Shown in pieces: positions 39,454 through 51,855 of a stretch of 64,000 nt of DNA. The DNA is taken from assembly GCA_002189035.1 (NCBI GenBank), contig NEEC01000013.1:1984001-2048000 (forward strand). The letters are read 5' to 3'. Each line of letters begins with the position of its first letter. Positions within the stretch are counted from its first letter, which is position 1. Made by a program: the position numbers and the translations under genes. This stretch comes from Utricularia gibba (taxonomy: Eukaryota > Plantae > Magnoliophyta). The notes below the pieces were generated by a model. The model saw nothing but the letters and a program-made list of their open reading frames with translations, was not told where the DNA came from and searched no databases.

Positions 39454-42195
39454 ATGGGTGCATCATGTTGCAGCCCTTCTCGGGCATGGGCTCGTCTCGC
39501 AGACACCCGCCTCTTCGCAGCCCTTTCTGATCCGGGTAACTCCCTTTTTTTGTTTTCTTGTTGTGAGTTATTATCCGTGTTTTCCGGAATGGATGAAGTT
39601 TGTTCCTGCACTGTGGATAGCTCGAAGATCTGCGATATTGTTGAAAATTGCTATGGTGATGCTACACCTGCTGTTTGCGGGGTTATATTCGTTTTCGACA
39701 ACGATTTGATAGAAAAGACCAAACGGGAGCCCTGGTAACAACGCTCAGTTTCTTTTTATGATCCCTAATGGCTTGGAATTGTTTGTCACACTGTCTGGAG
39801 AACAAGCATTAGTTATCATGCGAAGTATTTCGGGTCTAGTGAAGTTGATTAATTTTCATCATTTGTCTAGCTTCTTGTGCCTCTTGATTTTTTGTTTGCC
39901 TGGCGATAAACAGATGATGCTATCTAACACCCGCAGTTTTTTCCTTAATGCAGGTATACGACTTCATATGCATTTTTGTTTGTTGCTACTTTGGTTCAAT
40001 ATTTTGTCACTGCTGGGACATCACCTGGGTATTTTCTTTTTCGTATTCAGAGTTCATTTGAAATTGGTATCGGGAGTCAAGTTTGCTTCATGTGTTTGAT
40101 ATGCGTGAAACATTTGGATCATTCCTGCTTTGAAATGCAGCTACGTTCTAGATGCACAGAATGCCGTAAATGAAGAAGATGCATTAGCTAGAAGAAAAAT
40201 ATTGGCTGCAAAGTAAGTTTTCTCTTTCCTGATGTTATCTGAAAATTTTCAATCTATTTGATGTAAAGAAAAGTCAGACTAAAAAGTATAAGAATACCTT
40301 TTAGGCTTAGCTCACTAATTTCATGCCATTGGGTTTGTGTTGTTACAATGTTTAAGCAAAGACAATCAGCTTCGAGCGAGAATGGAAGCATCATCACCAT
40401 AGACGCAAGTATCCATTCAAGTGGGAATGCCACTGCTTGGACGAAAATGATGATGGATTTGTACCCTCCAGAGTCATCTATCAGGCAAGTAAATATTCTA
40501 AAGCTAAAGAATTGCATTGAACAATTATTACCATCTATGTACATGCTGAGTTACACTAAATGTAGCTTCGTGTTATGTTAATTTAGAAAACTGTGTGATG
40601 ATTTGTCAACTAGGAACTTCAGTGTAAGAGAAATTTAACGTGGTTAACGTTTTAGAAGGTCCGTGGGTCAATGCCTGTATCACCCAAGTCTTCTTTGGAG
40701 CTAAAGAATAGAGTCTGTGTGTTTGTGTGCGTTTCCTGGTTGCATTGAGTAGTCAAAAGATACGTACATCATGAGTGTGCAGAATTTTTTCCACATTTTT
40801 GTTTTCTTCTCCTGTTATTAGTTTTCCCTTGTTGCTGATTGATTTTTTTCTGCTCAATTTGTTCAGAAGTTTTACGTGCACATATTGCAATCTTATGCAG
40901 GTAACATTTTCTTTTTTTATTCCTAGGAAGTTAGATTTTCCATGGTTGATTGTTCACAATTTTTTGTTTCAAAATTCTAATTCCATAGTGGAAATAGTAG
41001 AGAATCTTTTTTCACATTATCAAAGGTTTTTGTGCCTGTTTGATTTATTATTTCACATTTACGTTACAGCCTCCACGGGCAAGACATTGTCATGATTGCG
41101 ACAAGTGTGTTCTTCAGTTTGATCATCACTGTGTTTGGCTAGGAGCATGTGTTGGCCAGGGCAACCATTGTCTGTTTTGGTGAGTACGTGTTTCAAATTC
41201 TGCAATTTCTTGCAGTATTTCCACCTACATTTTTCTTTATGTTTCTTCATTATTCATGTTGGTCTAGAGTTGATGCCATGCTAATTATTTATCCTGTACT
41301 AATCATTTTGAATGAGAAAAGGTAAGATCTTTATTAATAATACCCTAAAATGTTGCATCAGGTGGTATACATGCGAGGAAACAGTCTTGTGCATCTGGAC
41401 AACAGTTATTTATATCCAGTTCCTGGCATATAATGCATCTAAGACATGGTACGTATCTACGCGTATCTCCCTTTATGCGCCACTCTGTTTGAACTTTTAC
41501 TTGAAGTGTGCTAACATGAAATTACTTCTGTGTAGGTGGGAGGCCATAATCACAGGCGCGCTCTTGATTTGTCTGTCACTTACGTTGATATTCCTACTTC
41601 TACTCCTCATTTTCCATAGGTACATTGGTTGCCACCCCATCATTTTCTTCAAAGTTTATTTGTCAAAAGTTAATTGCAAACCGTGTTCAACCACATCCTC
41701 ATTTCCTTCAGTTAAGCCTTTTTTTTCCCATTTTGTCTATCACCAAAATTTCTCATGTAACAGCTACCTTGTGTTGACTAACCAAACGACATACGAGCTT
41801 GTCAGACGGCCAAGAATTGGGTATTTGAGGTCTGTTCGATTTCCTCCTGTAAATGGATATCTCTTGTTCACTAGGCTCACCTGTTTTATAATATGAGCCA
41901 TATTACTCTGGTCCGGCTCATAGTGTTGACTGCTCTTCAGCATTGTGTATCTTTTCACCATCACAGTCATGCTGATTACATGTAGAAGATCATAATCAAC
42001 ATTTCCTTGTGCAGGTCTGTTCCTGAGAGAGTCTATCCATTCAGCCAAGGGATCTGTCGAAATTTGTATCTGTTATGCTGTGCATCCCAAACTGGCGGCC
42101 TGTACAGATTGGAGCCGCTGCCCACAGCTGCAGAACTTGAGAAGAAGTCCAGGCCTTTTACATGCATTGATCTTTTGTCATGCCGCTGCTGCTGA
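39454..42195 (+). CDS. PAT10: DHHC protein S-acyltransferase, PAT10-like; apparent 1-nt frameshift at 39679-39682
   Basis: [56 protein letters not shown] (DHHC-CRD), [12 protein letters not shown] and a Cys-rich C-terminus ending CRCC. Confidence 0.93.
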
Positions 42196-42739
42196 GTGCA
42201 TAAAGATCCTTCCTCTCCTGGTTTCTTTCTTTGCTTGTTGTTATCCCTCTTGGAAGTTGGATCTGGTTAGCTGTTTCGGCATTTAAAATGGAGTGTGCTT
42301 TGCTGCTGATGCTGGTCATGGTCCGTACAATTAGGGGGAGTGTTAATAATATTAAATGTAATATTTAAAAATAAATATTATTTATATATGAATAATTATT
42401 TTCTAACATTTTTAAAGTAGTTTGAAAATTAACGATTGACCGTAGGGTTGTGATATTTGGGAGGAAAGGGAAGGAATCTGGTGCATCCCGGAGTCTCCGT
42501 CACCGTTTCTGGTTCACCGACGGGAGATTGATGGTTTATTTCTTTCTTGTGCCTTTCTACGGTATCTGAACCAAAACGGCAGCTGTGTTGTGTGATCTTG
42601 TTGTGCTATCGCTTTCACCGGCCAGATCCTTGTTTCACAACGGAAGAAAATGCGATTTTGTGAGGCAGTTGAATGTGTGTTCTCAAACGTGAAGGTAGTG
42701 TCGATAGATCCGGTCATCCACAGAAACTGAGTGCAGGAG

Positions 42740-43815
42740 ATGATAGGGGCAGCCCAGTGGGGACTGCTGGCGGCTTGTGTAGTTCTGTTTGTGCCCATGG
42801 CGATGGCGGGCTGGCATTTGAGTCGCAACAAGATACTCTTTTTCAGCTGTGCGCTTTTCATTTCGCTTGCTGTAGGTGTCCATCTGATGCCCTATTTCCC
42901 CTCGATCACAGCTTTTCTTTCACCATCGGCGGTAATTCATGACCCATATTCTGTTTCTTCTGATTCTTGCATTCGCTCTCTTCATAGTGTGACTTTTAGC
43001 GGGGTAGGAGATTGTGAGGATGCGGTTTTTTCGGAAGAATCTCGTTGTAGGAAGTCTTGGGATTGGGTGGAGTCAACCCAGGTTTCAAAATGTGATTTTC
43101 AGAAGTTAAAGAAATCAGATGTCTCTGATTTGTTAAATGGATCATGGGTTGTTGTTGCAGGAGATTCTCAAGCTAGGTTAACTGCTCTTTCATTGTTAAC
43201 CTCGGTTATGGGATCCGAGGGCCAGGAGAGTATACGGGGTGATTTGTTTAAAAGGCATAGCGATTACTCAATCACCTTGAAAGAGATTGGCATGAAACTA
43301 GACTTTCTATGGGCTCCATATGTGGATAATTTGACTCAGCATGTATCCCAAATGAGGCAAAACATGAGCTTCCCGGATGTTATGGTGATGGGGCAGGCCT
43401 GTGGGATATGCTTCATGTTAACAATGCCACAGAGTATGGTGTTTCTTTGAAGGTTTTGAGAGATAATGTATCAGCTCTGTTGCCATCCTCATTGTATCCA
43501 GATGCAAACACCCGCTTGCTGCATCTTTTCTGGATTGGCATCCCGAAGCTGATAACTGCTTCGTTGAACACGGATGAGAAGAGGAGCAGAATGACCAACG
43601 AAATGTGCAGTTTGTATGAGAATGAGCTTGTGGGAAGCAAGCTTCTGAGTGAGAATGGTGGACCACTGTTCAGGCTTGATATTCTCCGGTTGAGTGACCT
43701 CTGCGGACGCGGCTGTACAGACGACGGAATGCATTACGACGAAGTTGTCTACGACTCTGCAGTTCAGATAATGCTGAACGCCCTGCTCATTGAATCTAAT
43801 CAAAAGCCCCATTAG
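42740..43815 (+). CDS. SGNH/PC-esterase (Pmr5/Cas1p-like) protein with N-terminal TM helices; intronless; apparent 1-nt frameshift at 43390-43393
   Basis: Two hydrophobic N-terminal segments, GDS motif (WVVVAGDSQAR), LDFLWAPY and DxxH (DGMHY). The two ORFs join as VMGAGLWDML when one G is added. Confidence 0.85.
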
Positions 43816-44246
43816 CTAGCCATGTACTGTTTTCCCTGTGACATCAAATCCTTGTACTTAGAAACAGATGAAGGGATTGAGGTACATTTTTGAGTTTAAA
43901 GAATACAAAATTTGAAAAAATATGCAAAATGTGCAGCGTAGCGCCATCGCCAACTCCATTTTGATTTTGATGGGCGATTTGTCATTCATGGGAGTTACAG
44001 TTTCAGTTCAGATCAGTTATGGCGAATCATAATCGAACAAGGAGCGGAGCGCACATCGGCATCGCATGAAGTAGCCAGCAGTTTCCCCTGAAGCTGCATT
44101 GCATGCTTCGGTTCTCTGTTGAGAGAGGGAAAAGAAATCCAGATGAATTTCGAAATCCTTCACCGCAACTTCCGTCGTAACTGTAAGTGAGCCTTCATTG
44201 ATCTGAAAAACTTGACGACGCACCTCTTCTTGTTACCGAGTCATCC

Positions 44247-46331
44247 ATGCCTCCCACAAAATTTTACTCGTTTCAAACATTCGCGGACTCCGTCTACTTT
44301 TCCGGCGCTTTCCGCGATAATATTCGGCAGTTTCTTTGCCAATGCGCTGAGCTCGAGCGCGCCGACGTTGATTCCGATGGGCGTCGGTTTGGTCCACGTT
44401 TTTGGTTTACCAGAGTAAGGGATTGGTGTTTCCACTCTACACCATCGAAGAGAACGTGAAGGTGCTGCAGAGCACGCATATCTGCGATCACTGCCGTTTC
44501 GCTGGTGAGTTGCAAAAATCAACTTCATCGTTTGATTCTTTCGTGGGTTTACTTGATGTAGTCTTTACTTCAGGTTGGAGCAATCGCTTTGTTTCTAAAA
44601 GGAATTATCACTTCATAATTCCTGGAGATGACGATTGGAATCGGCCGCTTGCTGATGGTGCCTTCGATTTGCAAACGCATTTGTTGCACGGCTTGATTCA
44701 CTGCAACGGGTTTGGACATTTGATCTGTATCAATGGGATTGAAGGTGGTTCCAAGTATATTTCTGGAAGAGAAATCATGGATTTCTGGGATCGGATTTGT
44801 ACTTGTCTTCATTCAAGGTATGGAAACTCATATCTGGATGCTGAATGCATTATATTCTCATCCATTCTTGATTGGTTTCAATCTTTCCTGTTGGTGTTGT
44901 AGAAAAATTACAGTGGAGGATTTGTCGAAGAAGAAGGATATGGATCTTAGGCTTCTTTATGGTGTTGCTTATGGAACCTCCTGGTTCAGTAGATGGGGAT
45001 ATAGATTCTGTAATGGAAGCTTTGGTGTGAAGGTTCACAATTATGAAACTGCAATGAGCGCCCTCAGCTCCATTCATCTTGATCAAGTTATCAGAGATTT
45101 CTTTTCTCTCACGAATAAGGGGAAGCAAATCAGACATATTATCCATCATTACAGAGAAATGAGTGACACCAATTTGATCACACTCAGGGACTTGTTCAGT
45201 TTCATGCTTTCTCTCAAACCTCCGCGCCAGCTTACAAGATACAAATATTCAGTATCGAAGAAGGTTTCCAAGGGAAAACCAAGAAAATTCTCGACTCTTG
45301 CAGCGAGTTTGGGTAGCAGATGGCCAGTAAGAAGGCTGGAGAATGTAGCTCAAGTCATTGTTGAAGTACTGAAAGGGAAGAGAGCTGATAACTGTTTCAG
45401 AAACAATGGAATGACGAGGCAAGAAGTTCGAGATGCAGCCCGTCTTCACATTGGTGATACGGGTTTAATCGATCATGTTCTCAAGGCCATGAACAATGTG
45501 ATCGTCGGAAGCTTCATTGTTCACCGTGAAGTTAACAGGTCTACAAAAGTCTTGGAATACAGCATTCAAGAAATTGGTCGCAGAAAGGATCATACAGACT
45601 CAGAAAGAGATGTTTCAAATGATCTCTCCTACTTGTACCACATCGTTCTCCTGGAATACCCTTGTGGTGATAAAGTGATAATGCACTCCCAGATGCTTTT
45701 GCACAGCAAGCATTTCGTAAGGGAATGGCCCTTCAAAGATGAGAATGATGATCTTCTGAGATTCATTTTCAGGCTAAGCCCAAGTTTAGAAATTGAAATG
45801 ATTTCTGCTCTCCCACCGTGGGATTACGTGGCTATTCCTCTACATTCAACCATAGGTGACCTGAAGGGAGCTGTTCAGAAAGCAATGCGGGAAACATACT
45901 GCGGCATGGAGAACATTTGGGTCGTAGAGATTGTGGGAATGGAAGAGAAGCATGAAAATGAAGTTGTTATCGGGATAGCTGATTTGAGAACAGAGATTAT
46001 GGTGAGGGCTGCAGGGTTTGAGTTAGGAAATGGAGTGATCTGGGAAGGAGGGAAAGATGACTGGACAGTGAAATGCAAGTGTGGGGCAAAAGATGATGAT
46101 GGAGAAAGAATGGTAGCTTGCGACATATGTGGAACTTGGCAACATACACGTTGCTGTGGAATTGAAGATTCTGAGTCTGTGCCGAGACTGTTTGTTTGTG
46201 AAGGCTGTTGCTTCTCACTTGCCCCACCTAAAAACTGGGCCGAGTGTGAGTTGACACGGTCATTGTTGCCGTATTGGAGCTGGAATACCGAGCTGGACTT
46301 TGGATCAGGAGAGTCAAGTGTGAGAACATAA
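44247..46331 (+). CDS. MMD1: MMD1/DUET-like PHD-finger protein; introns approx. 44506-44572 and 44818-44902; apparent 1-nt frameshift at 44379-44381
   Basis: GAFRDNIRQFL, CDHCRFAGWSNRFVSKRNYHFIIP, LHGLIHCNGFGHLI, SRWPVRRL, VRDAARLHIGDTGL and PHD CKCGAKDDDGERMVACDICGTWQHTRCCGI...VCEGC. The exact start and the paralogue (MMD1 versus At2g01810-type) are uncertain. Confidence 0.88.
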
Positions 46332-47259
46332 TACAAGAGATAGATAGTTAGATACAAACAGCTGCTGCATGGTGAATCCTTTTCATGGTGTAGTGGCTAG
46401 TCATTCTTGGGGAGTCTGCTTCTTCCCCTCACGACGATATGATTTTGTTCCTGAATTTCAGGGTAGATACTCACAGCAAAAATGTACAGATTTTGATGAA
46501 TTCCAGATGGAAAACCAGTGTAATGAAAAGTAAGGGACATGCTCCCTGTGCATGCAAGCTCTCTCATGTTCACGCATTTAACAGCACTCCATTCACCCGT
46601 GTCTACAAACTGGAAAAACTATTTGGCTGTGTACTCCACCCTGTGTAGCATGGGGATTTCGAATACTGTGCACTTACAGTGCAGATTCCAAGGGGAATAG
46701 CAGCGTCCAAGTCACTGAATAACCGTGTGAAAGATGATTTTCCATGTCCGTGTTCACAAGACAACGAAAGATGAAACCTTTTGGCAAAAACACAAACCCC
46801 GGTTGTTCATTTTAACGGGCAAATGTAAGAACCCCCAGTGACAGGGACAAGTTAACTAATGGGCGGCGTATCACCAGTAACAATGACTGGGGCGTGGAGG
46901 ATGAATGGGATTCTGGCTGCGCTTCACACAATATTTTGACTAAAGGGTTTGACGCTGGTGACGATTTTCACGTCTGCTTGCAATTTCGATACACTTTCGC
47001 TGCCGCCTTGGTTGAATCAGTGGGGCAACTTGCCCAAAATCTGCTTGAGTTTGCTACATGAGAATTGTGGAGATAGACTAGTTTTTTTTTCTGGTGGGTG
47101 AATCCGGGATCTGGGACTAGATCGATCTAGGGTGAAACTGTAATATCTTTTTGAAAACCCACTTACGAATATTCCCACGGTTTCGTGTTTCTCAGTTCGA
47201 TTTTTCGTCAAACGAAACCCGACAGAAGAGGTTGAGGGGAAGCTCTCAAGCCGATTAGC

Positions 47260-50200
47260 ATGATTGTGCCCATGCGGCCCTCTCTGGATCTCGGAATCTG
47301 CATCAAGCTTTATCAGGTAAAAGCATCGTCATTCTGGGTCGCGTTTCTTTTTCGTGGATATTGCAACTTTGCCACAACCCAACTAAGATCGTCACAAAAT
47401 CTTGCCTTTTGAGTGTAATTCGGTCTTCACTTGTTCTCTAGCAACCTCTGCCTCAAGCCGCCGCGCTGCAGAGCTTAGGAATACGGGAACAATCTCGTCT
47501 GCTGGGCTGTTGTAATCTTCCTTTGAATTCAAGGGTATGGCTGTTTTAGCGTTCGGTTGGGATATTGCTCAAATTTCCCTGCTTTCGAGTATTTGCTTGG
47601 GTTTGTTTTCAATTACATGACCCATTGTCGATTAAATTTCAGCAACTGTACTACAGTTGGAGTTCAAAATTTACACACAGAAAATGGAAACAAATGAGCG
47701 GTTTCCGCCAACAAAATCATCAGCTAAGGTGCCATTGCTTTTTAAACCCAGGCACATCATTTGACGCCAACTTCATAAAGAATGCAGGATTAACTTTAGC
47801 CAGGTAATTTTTCCTACCCAGGTGGATTATATTGAATATAATATTCCATAATGCTTACAGTGATATTCCCTGCAGCAAGATTTTAAACAAGTCAGTATAT
47901 GTTATCATTTCCTAAGGTGTTTGTTATACGAACATTCATTGACTTCTGGAAGCATTGATTAAGTGGTTTTGATCCTTTCCAATTTTTTTCATCGTGGCCG
48001 CACCCACATTCAATCAAGATGCTATTATGATCAATGCTGAACATATTTTATTTAACAGTAGTAACTCGGTAACTTTATTTTTCTATGGAGTACTATTGGG
48101 AAATTTTCTCAGTAAAATTGTTGGGGTTCTGCAGATCATCATATAATTGTTTACAAGCAAGGCCACTTGAGACCAAACTAGCTTCTGCTGTTGGAATTGT
48201 TGTGTTTTCCATTTGGGGACTTGTTCCACTAGCCCGAATTGCCAGGAAGATGCTACTCCATGTATTATTCTATATAAAAGCTACTCTTCAGCATCCTTCA
48301 GTTCCTAATATATACACGTATATGGATACATTTTCAAATACTTTTAGAATGGTGTTTAATATACTCTCAGATGGTTTTCGATCAAGAATTTTGTTTTCTT
48401 TTTAGTACTTGGTGGACTTAATTACTTGGCATTGTCATGCAGAAGAGTGATGGTAGCTGGAAAACGAGTGGTACTTATCAGCTGACCACCTCATGCATTC
48501 AACCTCTTTTGCTGTGGACTGGTGCAATTTTGATTTGCAGGTTAGCGGTGTTTGTAAGCAGGTATAAGTTGCTGATGACATACTAACGGCAAATGAGTAC
48601 GTCACAGATCGTTGGATCCAGTAATTCTTCCTACTGAAGCTGCCCAGCTTGTTAAGAAAAGATTACTAAGTTTTTCCAGTTCATTGTCAACAGTTCTGGC
48701 GTTTGCCTATTGTTTGACCAGGTCAGTGTCATAATTGGATCCTTTATAGTATCTATTTTTCTCATGTTCGCCAAGTGTTTTGCAAGAGATTATTTGTTTC
48801 TCTCTGCCTGAATTGAGTTCCACGCGTCGCTTCATGAACTAGGCTGGCATACAATTTGCCTTGTTATGTTAAAACTTTTGTTGAAAATCTGCAGGTCCAC
48901 CATGTGGATGATCCGTGGTTAACCTATTAATTTATAGCCTTATCATCATTATGTTAAACATCCATATCTTATTTGAAAATTTCATTCATGAAGCCTGGTT
49001 GGATTTTCATAATCGTAATAGATGAATGTAAGAGATAGGATCGTTGCTCAATCTACTTTATATTTCTGTGGCTCGTGGTGTAATGGTTTTTATCAACATT
49101 CCTTTTTTTATTGGTTTATCCTCTATACAAGTTTGCTTTTCCGAAATTGGAAGCTCTAATTCTTTGGATTTGTGCAGCACAATTCAGCATGCCCAAAAAT
49201 TCTTCATGGAGACTAGTGACGTGACAGATACCACGAATGTATGTCATGACTATCTGTTCCATGCAGCATAATCTCCAAGTTTTGGTGATTTAATAATAAA
49301 AACTTTCTGAGAGCATCTTTTATTGCTTCTTGACAGATGGGTTTCCATTTAGCTGGTAGAGCTGTATATGCTGCTGTTTGGATAGCTGCTGCAGCATTAT
49401 TCATGGAGCTGTTGGGTTTCTCTACACAGAAATGGCTTACCGCCGGGGGCTTGGGACAGTCCTACTCACTCTTGCGGGTCGTGAGGTATAAATTAAATGC
49501 AATTTCTTAGCTTGAATATGTTTTCTCATGCTCGCATCTGTCAGGGAAGTACTCATTTCAAATGAAAAAGCAGCTGCTAATGAAAAATGCTTTTTTATGG
49601 CTTTTCTAGATATTCACTAATTTCCTCTCAAGTGCAATGATTCATGCAACCCGCCCTTTTGTTGTCAATGAGTGGATTCAGACAAAGATTGAGGGATATG
49701 ATGTTTCTGGATTCGTCGAGGTCTGCCACCCTTATCTTAATTACTTTCACAAAATGCTAGCTGAAGATACATTTTTTGCTAGACATATTTCTGGTTGTGG
49801 AACATGGTCTTAGTTTTTTTCCCCTTTTAACCATCTTTGCATCTTTCTTTGGCTTACCGTAGCGTGTGGGATGGTGGGGGCCAACAATTGTAAGAGGTGA
49901 AGACCGTGAAGCTGTTCACATTCCAAACCATAAATTTACGGTGAATGTTGTGAGAAACCTCAGTAAGAAAAAGCATTGGCGTATTAAAACCCATCTTTGC
50001 ATTAGCCACCTAGATGTCAGCAAAATCAACGTGAGGATAATCCCACCCTGTAGTTGGTTGGTAAGTTTCAATGCTGCTAGAAGATTCAGGTGTTTTTCAT
50101 CATTTCCTTGTGCAGAATATTGTAGCTGATATGCGCAAGGTTCTGTCAAAGAATCCTCAAGTGGAGCAACAGAAGCTGCATAGGAGAGTATTCTTGGAAA

Positions 50201-51453
50201 ACATCGACCCTGAAAATCAGGCACTGATGGTAAGAATTCTTCCACGAACAAGCTCAAGATGTTACCTCTCGCGGCTATCTTATGCTTACCTTTTCTGTAC
50301 ATATGCACACTTGTTCTTAACTACTATCAATTTTCAAGGAAATTCAGTATCATAAGCATGTAAACTTTTTTATGTTAACGTGTATGATCTCCTGCTTGAA
50401 TATCAAAAAAGATGTCCTGCTTCAAACCTGATCTCAAATCATGGGTTTGCCATTTGGAATCAATGCAGATATTGGTGTCCTGCTTTGTGAAGACCTCACA
50501 TGTTGAAGAATATTTGTGCGTCAAGGTGAGAATCCACTCACACATGGATCTCCATTTCATTCTAGATTCTTTTTATCAAGTTGATTCATGCTGCAAACAT
50601 ATCTGGTCAAGTATCTTGAATTTTTGTCATACAAATGGTGAAATTCTCATTTTCTCGTTCTGAAAAACAGGAAGCTGTTCTTCTTGATCTTCTTAGAGTC
50701 ATAAGGCATCATCGTGCTCGATTAGCCACACCCATACGTTCGGTTCAGAGAGTGTATCCTGAATCTGACCTTGACGGTGTACCGCTTACAGAATCAGCAT
50801 TCAGAAGGGGTGCAGTGTCCAACGGTCCATTCCTACTGGTTGAACCTGTCCATAAAAGCAATGAACAAGACAAGGCTAAAACTCAAACTCCATCAGCGCA
50901 AGCCAGCAAGGATAGCAGTAAGACTGCCATGAAGGATAGAGATGAAGTAGCTTCGAGCAACGCTGACCCTAAATCTACACCAACTGAGCAGAAGACACAT
51001 GAGGTACAATCATCTGATGCCATATCTGGTTTGGAGATGGTGAACATGCCAAATGCTGAGACGAAGGATGATCAAACTAATGCTGAAAAATCTTCACCTG
51101 GATCCGAAGTGAGTGACAGTGGCAGACCTGTATCGAAGGATACTAAAGGTAATGAAAAGGCAACCCCGGAAACAAACTTGAAATCCTTGCAATCAGAGAT
51201 CGCAGTCCGGAAATCCGACAACAATTCCTCTTATCCTTCCCCAAAACAAGAGGCAGGTCTGTCCACCAAATCTTCACTGGAAGAGAACATTGTGCTTGGT
51301 GTTGCTTTGGAAGGATCGAAGAGAACTCTGCCGATTGAGGAAGCAACAACTCCATCATCAGGCCTTGAAGATTTCAGGGAACTGGCACCATTATCCAGTG
51401 GTAACTCCCCAGTACAAGCTGAAAGGGATAAAATTGACAAGGAGCTTGAATAG
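47260..51453 (+). CDS. MSL2: Plastid MscS-like mechanosensitive channel, MSL2/MSL3 type; multi-exon; apparent 1-nt frameshift at 49453-49455
   Basis: [19 protein letters not shown] (after repair), [51 protein letters not shown] and [22 protein letters not shown]. Confidence 0.93.
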
Positions 51454-51855
51454 CCTAGGCCCTCTTCTTCCATTGAGATTACTAATCAGTTGAACCAACA
51501 AGGCAGAAGTTTGTGCAGTACAAAAATTTGAAGCTGAAGGTTGGAAATCATTGGTATCAATACTGGGACCATTTTGCTCCTACCAATCGCCCCTTGTTTT
51601 TGCTGGGGCAAGCTTCATATTTCATGCTTAATATAAAAAAAGTGTATCGTTTCATATCATGCCTTGTTGAACATCGATTCAAGGAATGCATGCAAGATTT
51701 TATTCATCCCTTCTTATAATTCAATCTGAATACATCCTGTCCTGTAGTTTACCCAAGAACATGCTTCTTTCTCATATTTGCAGCATTTTTTTCAGAGAAA
51801 CTGCACACATTCTGAACCAGCCACAACTCGCATCTATTAGTTACACTGGATGGAT

